Shown here: positions 48,726 to 58,465 of the stretch, piece after piece | How the letters are laid out: every line of letters begins with the position of its first letter | Numbering within the stretch: position 1 is the first letter of the stretch | Assembly (NCBI GenBank): GCA_047602425.1 | Contig: JASGHG010000001.1 | Location: 4,896,001-4,960,000 of the forward strand | Length of the DNA stretch: 64,000 bases | Source: Nibricoccus sp. | GTDB lineage: Bacteria; Verrucomicrobiota; Verrucomicrobiia; Opitutales; Opitutaceae | Direction of reading: 5' to 3' | The notes under the pieces: model-generated | Database searches by the model: none | Told to the model about the DNA's origin: nothing | The model's input: only the letters and a program-made list of their open reading frames with translations | Position numbers and translations under genes: made by a program

Positions 48726-49325
48726 TTATTTTCCGCCAGGGATGAAAAGGGACTGTCCCGCCTGGATTTTGGAGGGATCGGTGAGTTTGTTGGCGTTGAC
48801 GATATCCTGTGGTTTGGCGCCGGTCTTGCGCGCGATGATCGCGAGGGTGTCGCCTTTCTGCACAGTATAATTGATTCCCTCCTTCGGAAAGTCGTCCGAG
48901 AAAGACGCCGCCGGTGCGGTGTGCGTGGTGGCTGGAGGACGCGACCCGCGGGCATTGGCCAGCGATTCGAGGGCCGCGTTCATCTGGTTCGCGAGCTTTT
49001 CCATCTGCACACTGACTTGTTGGAGCGTTTCTTGTTTCGTACTCGCAGCGGTGGATTTGATCGAGCGGTTAAGGTCGGCCACGGCCTCGTTGAGCTGCGC
49101 AAGTGTCACGTAGTTGCTGGCGGCTTTGCCGTGGAGTTCGCCGTTTTGGGTTTCCAGCTGCTCGATGCGCAGCTGAAGTTCGTTGATCCGCTGTTTGAGA
49201 CCGCGGACGTCTTCGCTGAGATTGGCGAGTTCGGTGGAAAGGGATTGGGAAGATTGGGCTGGCAGCCTATTCGCACCGAAGACGGCGAACACAAAAGCGG
49301 TGGCACACAACATGACTTTGATCAT
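48726..49325 (-). CDS. Coiled-coil + LysM peptidoglycan-binding protein
   Basis: Signal peptide, heptad region, C-terminal YTVQKGDTL..IA....IQAGQSLFIP. Confidence 0.9.
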   Translation of the reverse strand: MIKVMLCATAFVFAVFGANRLPAQSSQSLSTELANLSEDVRGLKQRINELQLRIEQLETQNGELHGKAASNYVTLAQLNEAVADLNRSIKSTAASTKQETLQQVSVQMEKLANQMNAALESLANARGSRPPATTHTAPAASFSDDFPKEGINYTVQKGDTLAIIARKTGAKPQDIVNANKLTDPSKIQAGQSLFIPGGK

Positions 49326-49567
49326 ACGGGGAACAAGTTGTGGAAATTCCGACGGGAAAACAAGCGGCATGAATAAGGCGTTTGCGGCACGTGCGGAGGC
49401 CCGTCGCGTTTTCGGAAATGCCTGCCGCGAGGCCGCACCAACCGCCAGCGACTAATTTTCACAATTTCTTAAACGTATCGGAGCTGCGCGCAGCTCGTTT
49501 TCATGTAACATGATGACGCTTTTCGATTAGACATTGTTGATAACAAAGCCATAACACCGTCATTCAC

Positions 49568-51109
49568 ATGCCTACGAATCCCCTGCGCAGGAAAGCAGCC
49601 CTGATTTTTTCGATGGCGTTTGTGCTCGTGGTCGCTTTCGGGGTGATCATTTCCCAGCAATCGATTCAGGACCAACTCGGTGAAACCTATTACGTCCTTT
49701 GTCTCGCGTTGATCGGCTGTATCTTGCTCGTTCTCGCGACCTACGTCTGGGATCGAAACTTGGTGAAGCAGTTGCGCGAACTCGGTACGACCGCCCGGAC
49801 CAAAACCGCCATACCGAGCGACGTCGACACCGTTCCCCCACTCGATCTTCCTTCCTTGGAGGAAGGTCACGACGAAGTGATCGGCCTCGCCCGCCAGATC
49901 GAACGCATGGCTCAGTCCCTTCAGCGCGTCGAAGCCAGTTACCGTGCCATCGTCGAGGACCAAATGGATCTCATTTGCCGCTATCGGGCCGATGGAAAAC
50001 TCACTTTCGCCAACGGGGCTTACACTCGTTTCTTCGGCAAAAAACGCCAGGAACTGCTCGGCAAGCCCTTCATCCTGCATGAACTCGGTTTTCCGCCGCG
50101 CGACTTTCAAGGCAAGCTTCCCGAGACCACCACGTTCGAGCACGAACTTCTTTCGGCCGAAGGGAAACATATCACGCACAACTGGACCCACCGCGCGATC
50201 AAGGACACCGATGGCAACATCATGGAGTACCAAGCGGTCGGGCATGACATCACGGTCCGGAAAGAGGCGGAAGCCGCTCTCACCAAAGCCAAGGAAGCCG
50301 CCGAAGCCGCCGATAAAGCTAAAAGCGAATTTCTCGCCGTCGTTTCCCACGAAATTCGCACGCCGATCAATGGCGTAATCGGCTTCACCAAATTGCTTCG
50401 CGAAACGCCTCTTTCTTCCGAGCAACGCGGCTTCGTCGATATGATTGGCAGCAGCGGCCTCACGCTTGAAGCCCTCATCAGCGACATTCTCGACATGTCC
50501 AAAATCGAGGCGGGCAAAATCGACATCGACCACGCGCCTTTCGCCCTTCGCCGCTGCGTCGAGGAAGTTGTCACGTTCTTCACCCCGAAAGCCCGCGCCG
50601 CCGGTCTCACCCTCGAGGCCAAAATCGACGACGATGTTCCTGCTCTCGTCAACGGCGACGTCAACCGCCTCCGCCAGATTCTCGTCAATCTCATCGGCAA
50701 CGGCATCAAATTCACCGAACGCGGCGGTGTCACGGTCAACCTCTCCTGCGGACGCGGCGACATGGTTGAAGGCCAGAACCGTCGCGAACTACGCCTATTT
50801 TTCGCGGTGACCGACACCGGTATTGGCATCCCGCCTGAAAAGATGAACCAGCTCTTCCGCCCCTTCAGCCAAGTCGACACCTCCGCCACGAGGCGCCGCG
50901 GCGGCACCGGACTCGGCCTTATTATTTCAAAGCGCCTCTGCGAATTGATGGGCGGTGCGATCTCCGTCGAAAGCGAAGCCTCCAAGGGTTCCACCTTCCG
51001 TTTTACGCTCCGCACCGACTACGAGCGCACGGGTGAAACCAACGCCGCCGTCGCCGCCAACCCCGGCAACACCCTCGCCCCTAGTTTCCAGAGACCGGCC
51101 ACGGCGTAA
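49568..51109 (+). CDS. PAS-domain sensor histidine kinase (no receiver domain)
   Basis: Two TM helices, PAS/PAC ending [36 protein letters not shown]. Confidence 0.93.
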   Translation: MPTNPLRRKAALIFSMAFVLVVAFGVIISQQSIQDQLGETYYVLCLALIGCILLVLATYVWDRNLVKQLRELGTTARTKTAIPSDVDTVPPLDLPSLEEGHDEVIGLARQIERMAQSLQRVEASYRAIVEDQMDLICRYRADGKLTFANGAYTRFFGKKRQELLGKPFILHELGFPPRDFQGKLPETTTFEHELLSAEGKHITHNWTHRAIKDTDGNIMEYQAVGHDITVRKEAEAALTKAKEAAEAADKAKSEFLAVVSHEIRTPINGVIGFTKLLRETPLSSEQRGFVDMIGSSGLTLEALISDILDMSKIEAGKIDIDHAPFALRRCVEEVVTFFTPKARAAGLTLEAKIDDDVPALVNGDVNRLRQILVNLIGNGIKFTERGGVTVNLSCGRGDMVEGQNRRELRLFFAVTDTGIGIPPEKMNQLFRPFSQVDTSATRRRGGTGLGLIISKRLCELMGGAISVESEASKGSTFRFTLRTDYERTGETNAAVAANPGNTLAPSFQRPATA

Positions 51110-51123
51110 GGTGATTCCCCGCG

Positions 51124-51558
51124 ATGCAGGAGCGTAAAGACACTCCGGTCGCCGCATTGTGGTGCGCCGCTTATGCAGGCGATTTAGAAATCGTACGCCA
51201 CTTGATTATGGAAGGTGTTGACGTGAACGTTTGGGACAAGTTTGGCCGTAATGCCCTGATCTTCGCGTGCCAGGCCGGACATATGCCGGTCGTCAAAATA
51301 CTGATTAGAGCTGGCGCCTGGATAGACCCTTTTGAGGATTACGACGGATATATGACGCCACTTATGTCAGCCGCGCAAAACGGCCATCTTGATATCGTCG
51401 AATATCTCTTAGATCAGGGTGCCGATCCCACGCGACATGGCGGCACTGCCCAAATGACCGCTGAAAACTACGCGCGAGTCGATAGTCCGCAGGAGCAATT
51501 TCTCGCCGCGCTTTTGAAAAGAGCTGAAGACGATTGGCGAAGGAAACACTCTCTGTGA
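51124..51558 (+). CDS. Ankyrin repeat protein
   Basis: AAYAGDLEIVRHLI, GRNALIFACQAGH, TPLMSAAQNGHLDIVEYLLDQGAD. Confidence 0.9.
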   Translation: MQERKDTPVAALWCAAYAGDLEIVRHLIMEGVDVNVWDKFGRNALIFACQAGHMPVVKILIRAGAWIDPFEDYDGYMTPLMSAAQNGHLDIVEYLLDQGADPTRHGGTAQMTAENYARVDSPQEQFLAALLKRAEDDWRRKHSL

Positions 51559-51567
51559 ATTTATGCC

Positions 51568-53007
51568 TCACGGCGTGGGCTTGTCCACCATCTGCATGAT
51601 CGGCAGGCGCATTTCGAAAATTGCGCCGCCCTCCGAACCGTTGCGCACACTCACCTTGCCGCCGTGGGCTTCGACGATGGCACGGACCAAACTCAGTCCC
51701 AGGCCTAAACCGCTTTGCGAACGGCTCTGGTCGCCGCGGTAAAGGCGTTCCCAAATGCGCGGCTGCTCGGCTTCCGGCACGCCGGGCCCCGTATCGCGCA
51801 CAGCGAGCACTGCTTCATCCGTATGCTGCGACAAACTTAACGAAACACTGCCGCCTTCCGGCGTGTACTTTATCGCATTGTCGATCAAGTTGGCCACCGC
51901 TTGCCGAACTCTTACCAAATCGACAACAACCGGTACGCCGGCGCCTTCTTCAAAGTTCAATTTAAGCTGTTTTGCCTCGGCCACATCCGAATAAAGTTCC
52001 ACGGCCTGCCCGACGAGTAACCGCAGATCGGTCTGCTCTTTATTCAGGCGCAACATGCCGGCCTCCGCCTCGGAAATTTCCATCAAGGCGCGCAACAGCC
52101 GCAGCACTTCGTCGGACCGCTCCACGCAATCGGCCAGTGCATCGCGCGCGTTTTTCTCTATTCCCGGCAGGCTCAATGCCAGCTCCGCAGTGCCGCGCAT
52201 GCTCGTCAACGGCGTGCGCAAATCATGGGCGACATTGTCGAGGGCTTCGCGCATCGCGCGGAGGAGCGCCGCGTTTTTGTCCAGCACGTTGTTAAAATAA
52301 CGCACCAACTCCGCGATATCGTCGTCGCGCTTCGGCTCGGGCACGCGGACATCCAGCGCGCCTGTATTGATGATGCGTCGGGCTGTTTCGACCACCTGCC
52401 GCAGTGGTCTGGTCGCCCGTCGCGCCGCCAGAACCGAGACAGCAAAACCCACCAAAATCGCCGCGCTCGCAACCCACATAAAGATGCGGCGCAAGGGTTC
52501 CAAGAGCGTCGCACGATTGTCCGTGGTACGACCGACCTGGAGCAGAAGCCCGTTCGATAGCTGGGCCGAGACCACGACAAGGTCGCGCTGTTCGTCGCGC
52601 GGCACGCGCACGCCATAGATTTTCCGGATCGTCCAGCCACCCCAACCATCCGGTATCGCCACCCGTCTTTCGTCCTGATCGATCCAGTCGGGCGGCACGC
52701 GTCCCCAAACTATGTCTCCGTTCGGGGCAAGCATGCGTGCATAAGTGGAGCGCACATGCGGCGCGTCACTATCGTCGTCAATGCGCTGATCCAGTCCGCG
52801 CACGCCTCTCGCCTCGAAAATGTCGGCGTACTGCTGAAGGCGCAGCCGCAAGGCCTCGATTTCGCGCGTTTCCAATTGTTGCCCGAGCAGAAAATACAGC
52901 AGCGCAAAAATCGCCGTGAAGCCCGCGGCGAACAACACGGTGAACCAAAGGCTCAGCCGCAGCGCGACAGATCGGCGCAAGTGATTAATTTTGCCCGTGA
53001 ATGACAT
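51568..53007 (-). CDS. HAMP sensor histidine kinase (CusS/BaeS-like)
   Basis: Two TM helices, HAMP, AHDLRTP, NLIDNAIKY, DTGPG, GLGLGL. Confidence 0.93.
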   Translation of the reverse strand: MSFTGKINHLRRSVALRLSLWFTVLFAAGFTAIFALLYFLLGQQLETREIEALRLRLQQYADIFEARGVRGLDQRIDDDSDAPHVRSTYARMLAPNGDIVWGRVPPDWIDQDERRVAIPDGWGGWTIRKIYGVRVPRDEQRDLVVVSAQLSNGLLLQVGRTTDNRATLLEPLRRIFMWVASAAILVGFAVSVLAARRATRPLRQVVETARRIINTGALDVRVPEPKRDDDIAELVRYFNNVLDKNAALLRAMREALDNVAHDLRTPLTSMRGTAELALSLPGIEKNARDALADCVERSDEVLRLLRALMEISEAEAGMLRLNKEQTDLRLLVGQAVELYSDVAEAKQLKLNFEEGAGVPVVVDLVRVRQAVANLIDNAIKYTPEGGSVSLSLSQHTDEAVLAVRDTGPGVPEAEQPRIWERLYRGDQSRSQSGLGLGLSLVRAIVEAHGGKVSVRNGSEGGAIFEMRLPIMQMVDKPTP

Positions 53008-53656
53008 AGCCGACGCCGCGGACCGTTTCGATACGCGTCTTTTCCGGATCAATTTTATTGCGCAGCCGGTGCATGAGCACGTCGACCACGTTGGTCTGCG
53101 GATCGAAACTGTAATCCCAGACGTGCTCCAAGATCATGGTTTTGGTCACGGCCCGCTCCGGATGACGCATGAGGTATTCAAGCAAGGAAAACTCTCGTGG
53201 TTGCAACTCCACCGTACGGCCACCCACGCTCACCGAGCGTGCCACGAGATCCATTTCCACGTCGCCGACCTTGAGTCGCGTCGCTTCCGGCACCCGCGTC
53301 GAGCGTCGGATCAGGGCCTGGAGTCTGGCAGATAGTTCGGCAAACGCGAAGGGCTTGGTCAGGTAATCGTCGCCGCCGGCCTGGAGTCCCGCGATCCGGT
53401 CCTGCACATTCGAACGCGCGCTGAGGAAAAGCACCGGCAGGGCGGCGCGGTTCGCCCGAATGCGTTTCACCAAACTCAGCCCGTCCAGCCCCGGCAACAT
53501 CACGTCGACGACGGCCGCGTCATAGGGCGTGGTGGTGGTGAGTGCGAGACCGGTGTCGCCATCGGGAGCGTGATCGACGGCGTAACCTTCCTGCTTGAGT
53601 CCTTTGACTACAAACGAGGCGATTTTGGCATCATCTTCGACAACGAGAATTCTCAC
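52985..53656 (-). CDS. OmpR-family response regulator (CusR-like)
   Basis: ILVVEDD, DVMLP, DDYLTKPF, PQTNVVDV, TVRGVGY. Confidence 0.95.
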   Translation of the reverse strand: MRILVVEDDAKIASFVVKGLKQEGYAVDHAPDGDTGLALTTTTPYDAAVVDVMLPGLDGLSLVKRIRANRAALPVLFLSARSNVQDRIAGLQAGGDDYLTKPFAFAELSARLQALIRRSTRVPEATRLKVGDVEMDLVARSVSVGGRTVELQPREFSLLEYLMRHPERAVTKTMILEHVWDYSFDPQTNVVDVLMHRLRNKIDPEKTRIETVRGVGYVIHGQN

Positions 53657-53830
53657 AGGATGAAAATTTGCGGAGGAAACCGGGTTAATAAACCTAAAAA
53701 TGGGAACTCATCGCAAGCAAACCGCGCTTGGTCAGGTTCGGCTTTGGTCGAGCCTGCCTGACCGATCGACGTTCCAGACCAAGCAATGCCGAACCGGCCG
53801 GAGCAAGCTCCGACCGTGCCCTTCAGGAAG

Positions 53831-53861
53831 AAAAAGCGCCCCGGAATTTCGTCCGGGGCGC
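53831..53861 (-). terminator. Rho-independent terminator after degQ
   Basis: aaaaa, then gcgccccgga-atttcg-tccggggcgc. Confidence 0.8.
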
Positions 53862-53929
53862 CGTCCTATGCGTTAGTTTAGGTTTTTTGTTTTAGTTTAT
53901 GACGGGCAAGGCGTGTTCACAGTGCCGCC

Positions 53930-55462
53930 TTACTCGCCAGATTCGTCGACCACGATGTAACGCGTGCCACGCGGGTTCCAGACCCTGAGGAGCGTTTTGG
54001 GTGTTTCTGTTTTCTCGGTCAGTTTGATGGCATCTTCAGCCGAGCGAACAGGCTTGTGATTGATTTCCTGGATTACGTCACCGGGCTGCAGACCGGCGGC
54101 CGCGGCAGCAGAAGAAGGATCGACCTCGGTAACGATTGCACCACGTACCTTGGCCGGGATGTCAAATTCCCCACGCATCCCCTGATCTAGATCGGCAACA
54201 CCAACCCCATTCAGTGTGCCTTCATCTTCTTCGCTGCCGGGCGCCGTCTTACCCTTGGAAATTTTTTCTCCCGGCATATCGCCCACTTTCACTTTGATTT
54301 CCATCGTCTTGCCTTCACGCAGCACCTGCAAATTCGCATCTGCGCCAGGTGCAATGGTTGCCACTGCAAATTTCAAGCTGCGGCCGTCGGCAACTTTCTT
54401 GCCATTAATTTGAGTGACAACGTCACCGCTCTTGACGCCCGCCTTTTCCGCCGGGCTTCCAGCCACCACTTCGCTGACCAATGCACCGCTTTTGGCTTTC
54501 AACTTGAAGCTATCGACAAGCTCCGGTGTGAGGTCCTGCAAGCCCACGCCCAAATAACCGCGAACGATTTTGCCGCCACTCACCAGCTGCTCCATTACGC
54601 TGCGAGCCCAATTGGCTGGAATCGCAAAGCCAATGCCTTGAAATCCGCCCGATCGGCTGAGGATGGCTGTGTTAATGCCAACCAATCGTCCCTGTACGTC
54701 GACAAGCGCACCACCGGAATTGCCGGGGTTGATCGCTGCGTCCGTCTGGATGAAATTCTGATAGGTCAGCCCAAGTTCTTCCTGCGCACGGCCAAGACCA
54801 CTGACCATGCCGCTGGTCACCGTCTGGCCGATGCCGAAAGGGTTGCCGATTGCGAGCACGCGATCACCCACCTCGATCTTTTCGCTATCGCTAAACGTGA
54901 TCGCGGGCAGGTCTTTGGCTTCGATTTTGATCACAGCGAGGTCGGACTTGTCATCCGTACCAATCACTTTGGCCGTTTGCTCACGCCCGTCTGCAAGCGT
55001 GACCTTGATCACGTCCGCGCCGTTTACCACATGGTAGTTGGTTAGAATGTAACCATCGGTGCTCACAATCACGCCGGACCCAAGACCCTGCTGTTGGGGA
55101 ATGCGATTCATCCGGTTCCGGCCGCGACCGCCACCGTTGCCATTTCCGCCGAAGGGATCGCCAAAGAAGTGGCGGAACATGGGATCATCGAAAAAGGGAT
55201 TCATTTCCTGCATCGGCACGTTTTTCGCACGTTCCGTGACGAGAACTTTCACGACGCTGGGCGCCACGCGTTTCACCACGGGGGAGAAGCTGGCGACCTC
55301 GATCTTGTCGGAGCGCACGATGGCTTGCTCGTCGACTTTGACCGAAACTTTGGACTGCTCGCCAAACGCGGCGCCGGACAAAGCCAAGCCTCCCGCGGCG
55401 AGAATTGCGCCGCTGAGCAACCAGGAAAAGCGATGTTGGAAGAAAAAGCTTAGTGATTTCAT
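53930..55462 (-). CDS. degQ: DegP/DegQ (HtrA, Do family) serine protease with two PDZ domains
   Basis: GSGVIV, TNYHV, DLAV, QTDAAINPGNSGG, GIGFAIP, two PDZ domains. Confidence 0.93.
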   Translation of the reverse strand: MKSLSFFFQHRFSWLLSGAILAAGGLALSGAAFGEQSKVSVKVDEQAIVRSDKIEVASFSPVVKRVAPSVVKVLVTERAKNVPMQEMNPFFDDPMFRHFFGDPFGGNGNGGGRGRNRMNRIPQQQGLGSGVIVSTDGYILTNYHVVNGADVIKVTLADGREQTAKVIGTDDKSDLAVIKIEAKDLPAITFSDSEKIEVGDRVLAIGNPFGIGQTVTSGMVSGLGRAQEELGLTYQNFIQTDAAINPGNSGGALVDVQGRLVGINTAILSRSGGFQGIGFAIPANWARSVMEQLVSGGKIVRGYLGVGLQDLTPELVDSFKLKAKSGALVSEVVAGSPAEKAGVKSGDVVTQINGKKVADGRSLKFAVATIAPGADANLQVLREGKTMEIKVKVGDMPGEKISKGKTAPGSEEDEGTLNGVGVADLDQGMRGEFDIPAKVRGAIVTEVDPSSAAAAAGLQPGDVIQEINHKPVRSAEDAIKLTEKTETPKTLLRVWNPRGTRYIVVDESGE

Positions 55463-55528
55463 GATGGATAAAATGTCTTGTTGTGCCGGTAAGATCGCAC
55501 ACTCCCTTTTCCACAGCCTTTCTCGATC

Positions 55529-55544
55529 CTTACATTTTTGAAAG
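55529..55544. promoter_or_regulatory. Candidate CusR/CopR-type response regulator box upstream of degQ
   Basis: cttacatttttgaaag near-palindrome about 70 nt upstream of degQ. Confidence 0.4.
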
Positions 55545-55620
55545 ATTGGCCCTTTTCATCGCACCCCAGTGCCGAATAGCCACGCTCCCACCCCTCTCTG
55601 CCGCCAAACGTCCCCGAACA

Positions 55621-55723
55621 TTTGTCATCTATTAAATGACAACGGCCCGGGGGAACCTCCACCCTCTCGTCGGTGAGTAAAGATTAAACCATCACCCAGA
55701 GTTTGTCATTTATTAGACTACAA
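55621..55723. promoter_or_regulatory. Two copies of a palindromic operator-like 22-mer
   Basis: TTTGTCATCTATTAAATGACAA (55621-55642) and TTTGTCATTTATTAGACTACAA (55702-55723), 18 of 22 identical. Confidence 0.6.
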
Positions 55724-55886
55724 ACTGTTTGCTTGGTACAATTTTCCCCAGGCCTTTGAACGGGTTTTGCGGGCAGGCTAATAGAGGGTTCACGCCGACT
55801 GCGGAGGTTAAGCATGGGCAAACGCGGCGCTTTCCTTTTCGGGAAACATGGGCATCTTCCCTCTGGCGGCATCATGCCGCGCTAGT

Positions 55887-57479
55887 ATGAGCAAGATTAT
55901 CCGATTCGATTCCAGCGCAGCCGCGCAACCCGAGCCCGCTCCTGATTTTTCCGCGCTTATCAGCGAATTTCAGCACGCCAGCGGCAGCGTTCTTGCCCCA
56001 ATTTCGCGCGACGAGCGCCCGCTCTATGGCCAGACGGTTTACATCGCCAATTGCTCGCTCGACACGCGGTTTGGCCCTTTCCACGCGTATATTTTTCAGT
56101 GCATTATCGACAAGCACTACATCATCGCTCTCGCGTACGGCGATATCGTCAACTCCAAGCTTCTCTACACCCGGCTGCATTCTTCCTGCGTCACGAGCGA
56201 AACGCTCCGGGGCTGCGACTGCGACTGTGTGCAGCAACTTGAAGGCGCTTTCAAAGTCATCTCGGAAAAAGGCCACGGCATCCTTTTCTACCTGATGCAG
56301 GAAGGACGCGGCGTCGGGTATGCAGCCAAGGCACGCGATCGTATGCTAGTGCAGGCTTCGCTCGACCAGTTGTCGACCTTCCAGGCTTACGCCGCGATGG
56401 GACTGAAAAAGGACCACCGCAATTACGACAACATTTCGCAAATCTGCTATCTCCTCGGGATCAAGGCGTCCTTCGTGGTGCTCACGAATAATCCTGAAAA
56501 AGTCGACGCGCTCAGGGCCCAGGGACTGCATGTCGCCCGCACCGAACCGCTCGAATTCGAACCTTCGCCCTTCAACCTGGCCTACCTCACGTCCAAGGCC
56601 GCCGGCGGCCACATTCTCACGCGTCCCGCCGAATCGACGCTCAAGCGCGCCCTGCCACCCGAACCAGTCATTCCCTTCAAACCCTTTGCACTGCCCGCGG
56701 CCCGCCGGTTTATTTATTCGGCAAACTATTTTCTACCGGTAAAACCGGTGGACAACGACATCCTCCTCACCGAGGAACAGTTCAAGGAACTTTTCAAAAA
56801 GAAATCGATCGACCGTTACATGGCCGGTCCCAAGCCGCTGGTGCTCGGCTACCAGTTGATCCGCGACAATCGGTTTTTCGTCAAAATCGCCCCGGACAAC
56901 TTGAACGCTTTCAAGCACGGGAATCCGCACGACCCGATCCTCGACCTGCTCACGACGCCGTATTGGTTTCGTGTCCACGTTTACTACGACATTGTAACGT
57001 CGCAGGAGTTCGTCGTTCTCACTCACGGCAAGCCCCGCGCCTTCGACATACCGGTCGTGCGTCTGCACAGCGAATCGCTTTTCAACCGTTTCCCCCTGCG
57101 CAGCGTCGACAACCGCGACAAGTTCAAGAAATCCGTCAAACACATCGTCACCTACGGCGTGGGAGCCATCATGCTTTTGTATTACGATGGGCGCGGAGCC
57201 GGCTTCGGCGCGTACGCCACCGACTTGATGATGATGGAAACCGCCCAGGCCGGAACCAGCGACGAGGCCTACCAAAAAATCGGCGTCGGTTACGACAGCC
57301 GCGACTACGAGGCTTCGATGCTTCTCCTGCGTCATCACATACCCAATGAAAAGATACAAATGGTGATGAATTCCCCCGCGAGTCTGGTGAAAAAGAAGGA
57401 ATACTCCTCCGCGCTCAACAACCACCACATCGACGTCGAAAAATGGATCTTCCTCGACGATTCGTCGCTGAGTGAATGA
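55887..57479 (+). CDS. GTP cyclohydrolase II-like protein with two tandem GCH II domains (second degenerate)
   Basis: Domain 1: RLHSSC...CDC, QEGRG, DHRNY, LTNNPEK, YLTSK...GH. Domain 2: RLHSES, YDGRG, DSRDY, MNSP, with no Cys. Confidence 0.85.
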   Translation: MSKIIRFDSSAAAQPEPAPDFSALISEFQHASGSVLAPISRDERPLYGQTVYIANCSLDTRFGPFHAYIFQCIIDKHYIIALAYGDIVNSKLLYTRLHSSCVTSETLRGCDCDCVQQLEGAFKVISEKGHGILFYLMQEGRGVGYAAKARDRMLVQASLDQLSTFQAYAAMGLKKDHRNYDNISQICYLLGIKASFVVLTNNPEKVDALRAQGLHVARTEPLEFEPSPFNLAYLTSKAAGGHILTRPAESTLKRALPPEPVIPFKPFALPAARRFIYSANYFLPVKPVDNDILLTEEQFKELFKKKSIDRYMAGPKPLVLGYQLIRDNRFFVKIAPDNLNAFKHGNPHDPILDLLTTPYWFRVHVYYDIVTSQEFVVLTHGKPRAFDIPVVRLHSESLFNRFPLRSVDNRDKFKKSVKHIVTYGVGAIMLLYYDGRGAGFGAYATDLMMMETAQAGTSDEAYQKIGVGYDSRDYEASMLLLRHHIPNEKIQMVMNSPASLVKKKEYSSALNNHHIDVEKWIFLDDSSLSE

Positions 57480-57537
57480 GATCAGCCGCTGCTGGCTAAC
57501 TAGTTTACCACCGCCAAAAGTTCAATACCCCACCCCG

Positions 57538-58455
57538 ATGAGAATGCAGTCCCGTTTGTTCACCGTTCTAGGCCTTTTCATTGCTCTTTTCGTGGAATCC
57601 CACGCAGGAACCGTTGACGATTCTGCCGCTCTTTTTGGAAATCGTCTCGAAGAAGTCCGTTTGGCTTTGGCCGATCTGCCGGTCTCCATTGAGACACGCC
57701 AAACAGCTCCTTCCGAGGGCCTGCGCGTGTACGCCGACCGACGCGTGAACGAGGAATTTAACCGCGGCTTTGTCGTGGTGATCGCCACCCAACCGCGCGG
57801 CTGGAGAATCAGCATGAACCCGCAGTCCCTTGCGTCTCCAGAATATGTGCGCGTTCTCGGCGATCGCATGGCAGCCGATTTCAAGCGTGGTCGCTACGTC
57901 GAGGGAGCAACGCAGCTCGCCACGTCGCTCAACCAACTTACGCTTTCAAGGGCCGTTCCATCGTCGGAGGTCGCAAAAGCTCCCGTCTACGTCCCACAGC
58001 CACCCAAACCAGTCGTCACCTACCCGCCAGTACGACCGCCGGTTCAACCTTCCCCGTGGGGAGCGTTTTTTTTCGTAGTGTTTTTCGGCATTCTCGCGAT
58101 AGGGATGATGGTGTTCTTTCGATATAAGATGCGGAAGTTCGATCTAGTCAGCCCGCCCAGCAGTCCGGAAGACGCTCGCCGTATCTTCGATGCATACACG
58201 CCGGCGCAGCGCGCACGCCTTGCGTCCCGTAACGCCCCGCATGCGGCTGGCGACCCCGTCAACGACCCAATGGCTTTCGCGCTGATGATGTACGTCGTAC
58301 AACAAGACAGCATGTCGCATATCACTTCAAACTCATCGCCGCTTGATGTAACAACTCCAACGGTCCCACCCTCGTTTGATAGCGGCAGCTCCTCCATTTC
58401 CTCGTCGATATCGACAAGCAGCAGCGACTCCTCCGGCGCGAGCGGCAGCTGGTGA
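57538..58455 (+). CDS. TPM (DUF477)-like membrane protein
   Basis: Signal peptide, GFVVVIA...FKRGRYVEG, one TM helix, tail ending GASGSW; start uncertain (57472 or 57538). Confidence 0.6.
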   Translation: MRMQSRLFTVLGLFIALFVESHAGTVDDSAALFGNRLEEVRLALADLPVSIETRQTAPSEGLRVYADRRVNEEFNRGFVVVIATQPRGWRISMNPQSLASPEYVRVLGDRMAADFKRGRYVEGATQLATSLNQLTLSRAVPSSEVAKAPVYVPQPPKPVVTYPPVRPPVQPSPWGAFFFVVFFGILAIGMMVFFRYKMRKFDLVSPPSSPEDARRIFDAYTPAQRARLASRNAPHAAGDPVNDPMAFALMMYVVQQDSMSHITSNSSPLDVTTPTVPPSFDSGSSSISSSISTSSSDSSGASGSW

Positions 58456-58465
58456 AAAACTTCCG

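Noticed and set aside
49469..51015. Long minus-strand ORFs (354 aa and 302 aa)
   Set aside because: Antisense to the histidine kinase
55463..55886. FMN riboswitch upstream of the GCH II-like gene
   Set aside because: I could not find the conserved RFN motifs by eye; an Infernal scan would be needed to exclude it fully
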